A DNA stretch of 64,000 nucleotides from Lachnospiraceae bacterium (GTDB lineage Bacteria > Bacillota > Clostridia > Lachnospirales > Lachnospiraceae): contig JBJELO010000208.1 in the NCBI GenBank assembly GCA_051879195.1, positions 20,007 to 84,006 on the forward strand, in the 5' to 3' direction. Below are positions 1-8,905 of this stretch, piece after piece (position 1 is the stretch's first letter; the number at the start of each line of letters is the position of its first letter). A model generated the notes under the pieces. That model did not search any database, was not told the DNA's origin, and saw only the letters and a program-made list of their open reading frames with translations. Both the position numbers and the translations under genes were made by a program.

Positions 1-34
1 AGTCATTTTGTTCGTCTTTTCGTTTGCGTCCCAT
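1..34 (-). CDS. 5' end of a gene running off the left edge (MGRKRKDEQND...), function unknown
   Basis: ATG at 34-32 on the minus strand, preceded by a GGAGGT RBS (42-47); frame open to the window edge. Confidence 0.55.
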   Translation of the reverse strand, partial: MGRKRKDEQND

Positions 35-77
35 ATGTGTTACCTCCGGATGAGTGCCTGCTGTCTCCTGAACAGGG

Positions 78-181
78 AATATTTCTCATTGAAATTACTG
101 TTTAGAATATATCTAAATAAGAATATTTCTATCAAGAAATAGTATTCTTATTTAGCAATAAAAGTAATTTAAAGAATATTC
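78..181. repeat. Long imperfect AT-rich inverted repeat in the divergent intergenic region
   Basis: CTAAATAAGAATA (113-125) / TATTCTTATTTAG (143-155) perfect 13-bp arms, inner TTTCT/AGAAA, outer AATTACT/AGTAATT and GAATATT/AATATTC. Confidence 0.6.
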
Positions 182-399
182 GTTAATAGAATGATAGCAT
201 ATAAAATGTAAAAAAACAACGGATAAAATATTTGATTTATCGATAAAAAATATTGACAAAATGAGAAGATTAAGATATATACTAATTATAGTATGTATAT
301 ATACATTAGAATACGATAAAATGCACAAAAAAACTAAGAAAATACAGTTGTATTGTCCATTTACTGTAAACTGAAAATCGGTTATGATACATATTAAGA

Positions 400-480
400 A
401 GATAAAGAAAATAAGGAGATATATTGGCAGATATATCTCCCTATTGAATGAATCAGAAAGTTTGACTCATTAAATCGCAA
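400..480 (-). ncRNA. Candidate ~75-80 nt cis-antisense RNA
   Basis: Minus-strand promoter TTGCTC(513-508)-17bp-TATAAT(490-485) with TG extension; hairpin 415-440 followed on the minus strand by U-rich TTATTTTCTTT; no ORF. Confidence 0.45.
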
Positions 481-624
481 GAAAATTATATCACAGTTTT
501 CCTTAAAGAGCAACTTTCGGTTCGCAATTCTTTTCTTTTTAAACCGGTAACTCTCAGAATGTGTTCCGCAAAAAGCAGCAGGAGCTGCTTACGGAAATGA
601 TTTATGTGAAAGTGAGGGATAAGT

Positions 625-1044
625 ATGATGAAGGAGGTTGTTCCAAGAATTTATAATCCGGAATCGGTAAGGATCAGAATCGAGAATGTTTATTTAAGAC
701 TGGATACGGTAACCGGCGAACTGGCAGGAACCGGTGAGATGGTTGCCAGAGGCAGACCCGAACTGTCTGAGAATCTGGAACCGGAAGTGTGCTGTGTGGT
801 TCGTGATCGAAAAGAACGCATCATTCATACGTGTGAGAGTACACATTTCGGCAGTTTTCCGAATTCAGGAAGATACGGCTTTGCAGTTTTTCAGATCAGT
901 ATTCCCGGTTACAGTCAGCTTTGCAGCGGTTTTCGGGGAGCCAGGGTAGAGCTTTTCCTCATTATGAAGGAAAAGGGTATCACGGGCAGGAACTGTGCCT
1001 GCTGCATGCAGCAGGGCTGTATACATTCAGGGCTTTCAGCATAG
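625..1044 (+). CDS. Hypothetical protein (139 aa)
   Basis: ORF with GTGAGGG RBS and a downstream terminator at 1085-1115; no recognisable motif. Confidence 0.6.
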   Translation: MMKEVVPRIYNPESVRIRIENVYLRLDTVTGELAGTGEMVARGRPELSENLEPEVCCVVRDRKERIIHTCESTHFGSFPNSGRYGFAVFQISIPGYSQLCSGFRGARVELFLIMKEKGITGRNCACCMQQGCIHSGLSA

Positions 1045-1084
1045 GATGGCAGATCACATATGGCAGAATGAGACAGACGGGCGG

Positions 1085-1115
1085 GAACCGGGTGGAAACA
1101 TCCGGTTCTTTTTTT
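1085..1115 (+). terminator. Rho-independent terminator
   Basis: GAACCGGGTG-GAAA-CATCCGGTTC followed by a T run. Confidence 0.75.
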
Positions 1116-1201
1116 GGTTACCGTCCAATCTGTTACTTTACTTGATACGAACAAGGTTTTATAATAAACAGAAAAACAACAGAACATTATGGAGTTACAC
1201 G

Positions 1202-1744
1202 ATGGGACATTTTTACTTTGTAAGACATGGACAGACTGTCTGGAATGTGGAGAACAAAATCTGTGGTTCCACGGATATTGAGCTGACTGTGCTGGGGCAT
1301 CAGCAGGCCATCGAGACAGGAAAGAAGATTCTGGAGGAGGGGATTCATGCAGATGAGATTCTCTATTCTCCGCTGGTGAGGGCTGCTGAGACGGCGCGGC
1401 ATATTTCCGAGATTACAGGGATTCCCGCCAGAGCGGAGGAGCGACTCAGAGAGCAGAATTTCGGTAAATATGAGGCAACTGCCCGCAATGGTGAGGAGTT
1501 TGTGAAAGCAAAGGAGCAGTTTGCCTGCAGGTATGAAGGTGGAGAATCGATGCTTCATCTGGCCCAGAGAATTTACAATCTTCTGGATGAAATCAGGGCG
1601 GAATCAGATCATAAAACATATATTCTGGTGGCGCATAACGGCATTGCCAGGGTGGTTCAGTCGTATTTTTGCGAGATGACCAATGAGGAATATGCAAAAT
1701 TCGGAGTAAGAAACTGTTCTGTATTAAGATATGATTTTGAGTAA
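1202..1744 (+). CDS. Histidine phosphatase / phosphoglycerate mutase family protein
   Basis: RHGQT motif, SPLxRA, LREQNFG, VAHNG; GGAG RBS before ATG 1202. Confidence 0.9.
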   Translation: MGHFYFVRHGQTVWNVENKICGSTDIELTVLGHQQAIETGKKILEEGIHADEILYSPLVRAAETARHISEITGIPARAEERLREQNFGKYEATARNGEEFVKAKEQFACRYEGGESMLHLAQRIYNLLDEIRAESDHKTYILVAHNGIARVVQSYFCEMTNEEYAKFGVRNCSVLRYDFE

Positions 1745-1746
1745 CG

Positions 1747-1781
1747 ATTCGTAACTGTTCAGCAGCTGAACAGTTACGAAT
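1747..1781. repeat. REP-like palindrome (dispersed GTAACTGTTCAG family, ends only)
   Basis: ATTCGTAACTGTTCAGC-A-GCTGAACAGTTACGAAT, perfect 17-bp arms just after a stop codon. Confidence 0.8.
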
Positions 1782-1815
1782 TGATAACTGCTGATAAACA
1801 GGGAAAGGAAGCGTA

Positions 1816-2226
1816 ATGGTCAGGGAAATTGTCAGGGATCTATTTTTTCTGGGGCAGAAATCCGAGCCTGCCACGAAAACGGATCTTCCGGTGGGAAGGG
1901 ATCTGCAGGATACACTGAGAGCCAACCGGGATCGCTGTGTCGGTATGGCTGCCAATATGATTGGTGTCAGGAAAAATATCATTATTGTAAGTATGGGCAT
2001 GGCGGATGTCGTCATGTTCAATCCGGTGATCAGGAAGAAGGACACTCCTTATGAGACGGAGGAGGGGTGTCTGTCGCTGGATGGCGTGAGAAAAACGACT
2101 CGATATGAGAATATAGAAGTAGAGTATTATGATTTTTCATGGAAGAAGCAGAGGAAAAAGCTGTCCGGGTGGACGGCTCAGATCTGCCAGCATGAAATCG
2201 ATCATCTGTCGGGGCGGATTATCTAA
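1816..2226 (+). CDS. def: Peptide deformylase (short variant)
   Basis: GMAANMIG, EGCLS and QHEIDH motifs. Confidence 0.9.
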   Translation: MVREIVRDLFFLGQKSEPATKTDLPVGRDLQDTLRANRDRCVGMAANMIGVRKNIIIVSMGMADVVMFNPVIRKKDTPYETEEGCLSLDGVRKTTRYENIEVEYYDFSWKKQRKKLSGWTAQICQHEIDHLSGRII

Positions 2227-2272
2227 GATAAAAGCTGGGATAGTGTGTGACAGCACAGGAAAGGAGAAACAT

Positions 2273-2776
2273 ATGAACAGTATTGATAAACGAACAAGTG
2301 TGAGGAAATTTCAGGATCGTCCTGTGGAGGAGGAGAAGCTGAACCGTGTTTTGCGGGCGGGTATGCTCGCTCCCTCTGCCTGCGATCTGCGGCCCTGGGA
2401 GTTTCTTGTGATAACCGACAGAAAGGATTCGGAAGCGATTGCGCAGATGAGTCCCTATGCGAAACCATCTGCGAAGGCTGCGGTTAATATTGTTCTGCTG
2501 GTTAATAAAAAGCGGGTGGAAAAGCTGGATGAATGGTGGCAGCAGGATATGGGGGCCTGCGCGGAGAATATCCTGCTGGAGCTGGTTGAGCAGGGACTGG
2601 GCGGTGTCTGGATGGGCATTTACCCGGATATGGAACGATGCGGGAAACTGAAACAGTATTTTTCATTGCCTGAAGAGATCATTCCCTTTGCGGTGATTGC
2701 TGCCGGTTATCCCGCCGGTGAAAACGAACCGAAGGATAAATACGAACCGGAACGCATCCATATGGGAAGATATTAA
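2273..2776 (+). CDS. Nitroreductase family protein
   Basis: RTSVRKF...APSACDLRPWEF, GLGGVWMG; AAGGAG RBS. Confidence 0.9.
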   Translation: MNSIDKRTSVRKFQDRPVEEEKLNRVLRAGMLAPSACDLRPWEFLVITDRKDSEAIAQMSPYAKPSAKAAVNIVLLVNKKRVEKLDEWWQQDMGACAENILLELVEQGLGGVWMGIYPDMERCGKLKQYFSLPEEIIPFAVIAAGYPAGENEPKDKYEPERIHMGRY

Positions 2777-2781
2777 TTGCC

Positions 2782-4287
2782 ATGACGATTAAAAAAAGGC
2801 TGCAGTTATCGAATATTCTGGTTACATGCATTTCACTGTTCCTTGCACTGATTATTTCGGTGGTGTGTATTTATGCAGCCAGACAGATCATAACCAATGT
2901 GGTTGATTCGGAAAACCGGTACAACCGGCAGATGGAGCCGGTCCGTGATCAGGCCAGGGAACTGCTGGAAGGTGTGCTGGACGGTGATATCAAGCTTTCG
3001 GAACTGGAATCATATCTGACGGAGCAGAATCTGTGGATTCTTCTGTATAACGAGGAGAGGACGGAAGTGATTGCATCCTTCGGGCGAAACAGTCAGCGAA
3101 ATCTGAGGAACGGGGCTGTCAGGGATTTTGAGTCGTCCGACAGCTCGGATGCATCCGCCGGTTCGTCCGGGAATTCTGATTTATCCGACAGACAGGATAC
3201 AGCTCAGGAAACGGTTACCGGCGGCAGACCGGACCGCAGCCGGGTTGCCGAGTATGAGACGGAAGCTGAAGGCGGCGGGAAGACTTTTCCGGTGACGATT
3301 TGTTCCTGGAGATCGGAGGACAGCGACAATACGCTGATTAAAATCTGTTCTGTGGTGATCTGTCTGTTTGCTGTTGCTGTGTCGGTGCTGCTGACCAATC
3401 GTCTGATGACCCGCTTTGTGCTGAACCGGATCATGGAGCCGCTGGAGATTCTTGAAAAGGGAACCATGGAACTGGGGGAAGGCAATCTGTCTTACCGTAT
3501 TTCCTATGACAATGAAGATGAGTTTCAGCCTGTGTGCAGTAATTTCAATCATATGGCACAGGCACTGCAGGATTCCATAACGGCTGTGCAGAAGAATGAG
3601 CAGAGCAGAAAGGAACTGCTTGCCGGTATATCCCACGATCTGCGTTCCCCTTTGACATCGATCAAAGCGTATGTAGAAGGGCTGATGGACGGCGTGGCGG
3701 CAACACCGGAGATGCAGAGAAGCTATCTGGAAATCGTTCATGAGAAGACAGATGAAATCACCGATATGGTACAGAAATTGTTTACTTTTTCCAAAATGGA
3801 CATGGACAGCTATCCCTGTGATCCGGTAAAATTATGTATTGCCGGGGAATTGCGCGAAATATCGAAACTGTTTGCGGATATGGAACATCTTGAGATCATT
3901 TACGGTCAGATGGACGAGGACGCTGTGATTATGGGGGATAAACTGCTGTTTCGCAACAGTATGGTGAATCTGGTTGAAAATGCCGTGAAGCACAATCCCG
4001 GCCGGGATATCCGGGTACTTGTGGAAGTGAAGCGGACAGGCGATGATGTGATTTGGCTCCGGGTCAGTGATGACGGGGCAGGTGTTGACGAAGGCCAGCT
4101 GGAAAGGCTGTTTGAAGTATTTTACCGGACAGATGCAGCAAGACAGAACCCGGGAAGCGGAAGCGGACTGGGGCTGGCGATTACGGCAAAAGCGGTGGAA
4201 AAGATGCATGGCAGGATTCATGCGGAGCAGGTAAAGCCCCATGGTCTGGCAATCTGCATGCAGTTTCCTGCGATGAAAACAGGATAA
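2782..4287 (+). CDS. HAMP-domain sensor histidine kinase
   Basis: Two TM segments, SHDLRSPLT H-box, NAVKH N-box, DDGAG, GSGLGL. Confidence 0.92.
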   Translation: MTIKKRLQLSNILVTCISLFLALIISVVCIYAARQIITNVVDSENRYNRQMEPVRDQARELLEGVLDGDIKLSELESYLTEQNLWILLYNEERTEVIASFGRNSQRNLRNGAVRDFESSDSSDASAGSSGNSDLSDRQDTAQETVTGGRPDRSRVAEYETEAEGGGKTFPVTICSWRSEDSDNTLIKICSVVICLFAVAVSVLLTNRLMTRFVLNRIMEPLEILEKGTMELGEGNLSYRISYDNEDEFQPVCSNFNHMAQALQDSITAVQKNEQSRKELLAGISHDLRSPLTSIKAYVEGLMDGVAATPEMQRSYLEIVHEKTDEITDMVQKLFTFSKMDMDSYPCDPVKLCIAGELREISKLFADMEHLEIIYGQMDEDAVIMGDKLLFRNSMVNLVENAVKHNPGRDIRVLVEVKRTGDDVIWLRVSDDGAGVDEGQLERLFEVFYRTDAARQNPGSGSGLGLAITAKAVEKMHGRIHAEQVKPHGLAICMQFPAMKTG

Positions 4288-4303
4288 AGGGAATATAAAT
4301 GAG

Positions 4304-5002
4304 GTGAAAAACATGTGCAGAATTCTGATTGTGGAGGATGATCCGGCGATTGCACGCATTGAAAAGGACTATCTGGAGATTAATAAATTCGAAGTAGATA
4401 TTGCCGGAGACGGATTTGTGGCCAAAAATATGGTCAGGGATTATTCTTACGATTTGATTCTGCTGGATCTGATGCTGCCCGGCATGGACGGTTTTGAGCT
4501 TTGCAGGATGTTCCGGGAAGATCTGGATATTCCTATTCTGATCATATCCGCCAGGATAGAGGATTCCGATAAAATCCGCGGACTGGGACTTGGCGCCGAT
4601 GATTACATTACAAAACCCTTTTCTCCGGGTGAGCTGATTGCCAGAGTGCGGTCCAATCTGGCCCAGTACGAAAGGCTGGCAGGGAAGATTGAACAGAACC
4701 GCTGTCATATCGGCTGTCTGCAGATCGACACAAAGGCGCGTCGGGTGCTGAAAAGAGGGCAGGAGATTGCGTTGAAAAACAAGGAATACGATCTGCTTCT
4801 GTTTATGGTTCAGAATGCGGATATGGTATTTTCCAGAGAAGTTCTGTACGAAAAAGTATGGGGATTTGACGCAGTTGGGGACAGCTCCACCGTATCGGTA
4901 CATATAAGAAGACTGAGGGAAAAACTGGAAGACGATCCGGCCAATCCGCAGCTGATCGAGACGGTCTGGGGCGCAGGATACCGATTGAGAAAACAGGTAT
5001 AG
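4304..5002 (+). CDS. OmpR-family response regulator
   Basis: ILIVEDD, LDLMLP, GADDYITKPF, winged helix with TVWGAGY. Confidence 0.93.
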   Translation: MKNMCRILIVEDDPAIARIEKDYLEINKFEVDIAGDGFVAKNMVRDYSYDLILLDLMLPGMDGFELCRMFREDLDIPILIISARIEDSDKIRGLGLGADDYITKPFSPGELIARVRSNLAQYERLAGKIEQNRCHIGCLQIDTKARRVLKRGQEIALKNKEYDLLLFMVQNADMVFSREVLYEKVWGFDAVGDSSTVSVHIRRLREKLEDDPANPQLIETVWGAGYRLRKQV

Positions 5003-5142
5003 CAGCTGAAAAGCAGGTATGTACACCAACTGGAAAAGCATGTACAAAGCCAGTAGAACAGATATAACTGCAGAAAACGGATACAGTTAAAGAATTGTTA
5101 AACAACCGTTTCAGAATTATTATAATCTGGATAGTATGATAG

Positions 5143-5180
5143 AGCCGTTCGGGAAAGAAAACCGGGCGGCTTGTTTTTAT
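5143..5180 (+). terminator. Rho-independent terminator
   Basis: AGCCGTTCGG...CCGGGCGGCT followed by TGTTTTT. Confidence 0.55.
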
Positions 5181-5253
5181 ATAACAGGAAATTTATGAAA
5201 AGAAATATCTTCTGTTATGTACTCAGTAAATATGATCCAAAAGGAGGCTGGAA

Positions 5254-6759
5254 ATGTATATTCTGAAAAATTCGCTTCGTTCCATAGGGAGAAGCGCCGT
5301 AAGAAATATTTTATTTGCGGTGATTATTGTTGTGATTGCCGCATCTGCCTGTATCGGTCTTTCCATCAGGGAAGCGGCGGAAAAGGCGAGACAGGAAAGT
5401 GAGGAAAATCTGCAGATTACGGCATCTGTTTATCTTGATGTGCGGACCATGATGTCCGGTTCGGAGGATGGTTCTTTCGACCGCTCCGGTTTCCATGAAA
5501 AAATGGGAAATGTGGGTGCTTTGCCGCTGGAAGAACTGGAAATTTATGCAACTGCTGATGCTGTGAAGGAGTTTTTTTATAATTCCCAGCTGTATCTCGA
5601 TGCAGGTGAGGGATTCGAACCGGTCAGTGATACGGCTGACAGTGAGACTGAAAATGAGAGTGGGAATGACAGCTCACAGAGTTCTTCCATGAACAGAAAA
5701 TCCCGCAATATGGGATCCGGAACTGATTTTACGCTGATTGGTTACAGCAGTGAGTCGGCCATGACCGGTTTTATAAACGGCACGTCAGTAGTGACTTCGG
5801 GGACTGTTTTTGATGAAGGCACCACCGATTTTGTATGTATGATTTCCGATGAGCTGGCAGTTTATAATGATCTGAAAGCAGGAGATGAGATTACGCTGGT
5901 CAATCCTGCCAATGAGAAGGAAACCTATACGCTTAAAATTGCGGGAACTTATTATGATTCATCCGGAGAGGGCGGTTTCGGCAGCAGCGATTCGGTGAAC
6001 CGGATCCTCGTCAGTGCGGCATTGTGCGGCGAAATTGCAGCGCAGTCTGCGGAAAATGCGGTTACGGTAACGGATGAGGAGACCGGTGAAGAAAGCAGTT
6101 CGGCGTTGACGGAAAGCATATCCGGTACATATGTATTTTCTGATGTGGACTCCTACGAAGCGTTTGAAGCACAGGCCAGAGCACTGGGGCTTCCCGAAGA
6201 GTATTCCGTATCCTCATCCGATGTCACTTCCTATGAAACCAGTATGGTGCCGCTGGAAAATCTGAGTAAATTTGCTTCGTATTTTCTGCTGGTTGTGCTG
6301 ATCATCGGAGGTGTGATCCTGGTCGTTCTGAATCTGTTCAGCATCAGGGAGCGGAAATATGAGGTGGGCGTTCTCACGGCCATCGGTATGAAAAAGTGGA
6401 AGGTTGCCCTTCAGTTTGTCATTGAAGTGTTTGCAGTGACGGCGCTGGCCATTATCATCGGCGGAAGTGCGGGTGCAGCTGTATCGGTACCGGTTACCAA
6501 TTCGCTGCTGGAATCACAGGTGGAGGCTCAGGAGAGCAGTACAGAGCAGATGGAAATGGCTTTCGGACGCGGCGGCATGAAAGGTGCTGCTCATACTGCG
6601 GAAGTTGATTATATTACAGAAGTAAGCTCGGCAGCCGATCTGGTGGTTATGGGACAGCTGGCGGGAATCGGAATTCTGCTGACTGTTCTGTCCAGCTGCG
6701 TGTCGGTGGTATTTATTATGCGGTATGATCCTGTCAGGATTCTGGCAAACAGGGATTAG
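5254..6759 (+). CDS. MacB/FtsX-family ABC permease
   Basis: N-terminal TM, large extracellular domain, ERKYEVGVLTAIG motif and three C-terminal TMs. Confidence 0.88.
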   Translation: MYILKNSLRSIGRSAVRNILFAVIIVVIAASACIGLSIREAAEKARQESEENLQITASVYLDVRTMMSGSEDGSFDRSGFHEKMGNVGALPLEELEIYATADAVKEFFYNSQLYLDAGEGFEPVSDTADSETENESGNDSSQSSSMNRKSRNMGSGTDFTLIGYSSESAMTGFINGTSVVTSGTVFDEGTTDFVCMISDELAVYNDLKAGDEITLVNPANEKETYTLKIAGTYYDSSGEGGFGSSDSVNRILVSAALCGEIAAQSAENAVTVTDEETGEESSSALTESISGTYVFSDVDSYEAFEAQARALGLPEEYSVSSSDVTSYETSMVPLENLSKFASYFLLVVLIIGGVILVVLNLFSIRERKYEVGVLTAIGMKKWKVALQFVIEVFAVTALAIIIGGSAGAAVSVPVTNSLLESQVEAQESSTEQMEMAFGRGGMKGAAHTAEVDYITEVSSAADLVVMGQLAGIGILLTVLSSCVSVVFIMRYDPVRILANRD

Positions 6760-6773
6760 GAAAGGAGTCGGAC

Positions 6774-7415
6774 ATGAGTATTCTGGAACTGGATCAGATA
6801 TCATTTTCATACGGAAAACGTAAAGTACTGGACGGTATTTCCTATCAGTTTGAAAAGGGGAAAATGTATGCCGTAGTCGGCCCGTCCGGGGTTGGAAAGA
6901 CAACGCTGCTGTCCATACTGGCGGGGCTTGCAAAGCCTCAGAGCGGAAAGCTGCTCTACGACGGCAGGGATATTAACCGGCTGGATAAATATGTATACAG
7001 AAGCCGTTACGTGGGCGTGATTTTCCAGAGCTTCAATCTGCTGACCCGGTACACGGCCCTGGAAAATATTGTACTTTCCATGGATATTTCCGGGCAGCAT
7101 ATGAAGAATAAAAAGGAACGGGCGGTGGAACTTCTGGAAAAGGTCGGACTGGACCGGGAAGAGGCTGACCGCAGGATTCTGAAACTGTCAGGCGGTCAGC
7201 AGCAGCGGGTGGCAATCGCAAGAGCGCTGTCCTATGACCCGGATATTATCCTTGCCGATGAACCCACCGGCAATCTGGACCGCGACACGGAAAAGGCCAT
7301 TATGGATGTTTTCCGGGGACTGACGGACGCAGGAAAATGTGTGGTAATCGTGACCCATTCTCCCACCGTATCCAGACGGTGCGATGAAATCTACGAATTG
7401 ACAAAAGCGAAGTAA
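6774..7415 (+). CDS. ABC ATP-binding protein (LolD/MacB type)
   Basis: GPSGVGKT, LSGGQQQRVAIAR, ADEPTGNLD. Confidence 0.93.
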   Translation: MSILELDQISFSYGKRKVLDGISYQFEKGKMYAVVGPSGVGKTTLLSILAGLAKPQSGKLLYDGRDINRLDKYVYRSRYVGVIFQSFNLLTRYTALENIVLSMDISGQHMKNKKERAVELLEKVGLDREEADRRILKLSGGQQQRVAIARALSYDPDIILADEPTGNLDRDTEKAIMDVFRGLTDAGKCVVIVTHSPTVSRRCDEIYELTKAK

Positions 7416-7522
7416 AAACCTTGTATTTCGTCTCCGGTTCGCATACAATACAGGTAACTGTTACAGATAATGATAAAGGCCTCAAAGGAATTTGATGCCG
7501 TGATACAAACGGAGATGAAATT

Positions 7523-8050
7523 ATGACAGCAATTAAAACAGCAATGGGTGATATCACCCGAATCGATTCAGTAGAAGCCATTGTGAATGCAGCAAACAAT
7601 TCACTGCTGGGCGGAGGCGGAGTGGATGGAGCAATCCACCGCGCCGCCGGCCCGGAACTTCTGGCAGAGTGCCGGACTTTAAACGGATGCAGAACAGGAG
7701 ATGCCAAAATAACAGGCGCTTACAACCTGCCCTGCAAATATGTAATCCATACGGTGGGACCGGTATGGCGCGGCGGAGGATACAGAGAAGAAGAACTGCT
7801 GCACAGCTGCTACACCAGCTCCCTCCGCCTTGCAGCCGAAAACGGCATCCGAACCATAGCATTCCCGTCCATCTCCACGGGCGTATTCTCCTACCCGGTA
7901 CAAAAAGCAGCCCAAACAGCTGTAAAAGCAGTCCGGGAATACGTAAAAGAAAACCCTGAAGCATTCGACGAAATCCTCTGGGTATTATTTGATGAAAGAA
8001 CCAAAAAAGCCTACGACGAAGCAATTGTTTCAACAAATCATGCCTTGTAA
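7523..8050 (+). CDS. Macro-domain protein (O-acetyl-ADP-ribose deacetylase, YmdB-like)
   Basis: [38 protein letters not shown]. Confidence 0.92.
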   Translation: MTAIKTAMGDITRIDSVEAIVNAANNSLLGGGGVDGAIHRAAGPELLAECRTLNGCRTGDAKITGAYNLPCKYVIHTVGPVWRGGGYREEELLHSCYTSSLRLAAENGIRTIAFPSISTGVFSYPVQKAAQTAVKAVREYVKENPEAFDEILWVLFDERTKKAYDEAIVSTNHAL

Positions 8051-8083
8051 CGAATCCGGATGAAAAATAAATTGTAAAAACCC

Positions 8084-8114
8084 TTGACTCTGACCCTGCG
8101 TCATACCTTATAAC
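8084..8114 (+). promoter_or_regulatory. MerR-type promoter with 19-bp spacer and operator
   Basis: TTGACT-19bp-TATAAC, with TGAC-N5-GTCA dyad in the spacer, directly upstream of a MerR gene. Confidence 0.7.
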
Positions 8115-8138
8115 AGTCTTGCACAGGAGGTGAGATCA

Positions 8139-8873
8139 ATGAGAACAGTACATGAAGTCAGCAAATTAACAGGTGTCAGTATACGGGCCCTGCACTACTA
8201 TGACAGAATCGGACTTCTTCATCCGGCGCAGGTGACGGAAGCCGGCTACCGGCTGTATGACGATGCGGATCTGGAACGGCTTCAGTCGATTCTGCTGTTT
8301 CGTGAACTGAAATTCTCCTTAAAAGAGATCCGGTGTATTCTTGACAGTTCCGGTTATGACCGGGAGCGGATGCTGGAGCAGCAGATCGAGCTTCTGCGGC
8401 TGCAGAAAGAGCATCTGGAACATCTGATTCAGCTTGCCTGTGAAATGAAAGAGACAGGAGTGAAGATTATGGATTTTTCAGCATTTGATACTTCAAAAAT
8501 CGATGAATATGCCAGACAGGCAAAAGAATCCTGGGGCGAGACTGCGGCTTATAAAGAATACGAAGAAAAAAGCAGAGGGCGCAGCAGAGAGGATGAACAG
8601 GCAATGGGTGAAGGTCTGATGCAGCTTTTTGTGGAATTTGGTAATATGAAGCGAAACGGCATGGAACCGTCCGATGAGACGGTGCAGAAACAGGTGGAGA
8701 AACTGCAGGCGTATATTACGGAACATTATTATACATGCACAAAGGAGATTCTTCAGGGACTTGGCTGCATGTATTCCGGAGGCGGTGAGATGACGGACAA
8801 CATCAACAAAGCCGGCGGAGAAGGAACGGCGGAATTTACAGACCGGGCAATTCGGATTTTCTGCGGCAGATAA
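8139..8873 (+). CDS. MerR-family regulator with TipAS C-terminal domain (Mta/TipA-like)
   Basis: VSIRALHYYDRIGLL...GYRLY HTH; C-terminal GLGCMY...GEGTAEF; alternative GTG start at 8130. Confidence 0.9.
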   Translation: MRTVHEVSKLTGVSIRALHYYDRIGLLHPAQVTEAGYRLYDDADLERLQSILLFRELKFSLKEIRCILDSSGYDRERMLEQQIELLRLQKEHLEHLIQLACEMKETGVKIMDFSAFDTSKIDEYARQAKESWGETAAYKEYEEKSRGRSREDEQAMGEGLMQLFVEFGNMKRNGMEPSDETVQKQVEKLQAYITEHYYTCTKEILQGLGCMYSGGGEMTDNINKAGGEGTAEFTDRAIRIFCGR

Positions 8874-8905
8874 GCTGCCTGCGAAAGAAAAGTGAGGGGA
8901 AGCGA

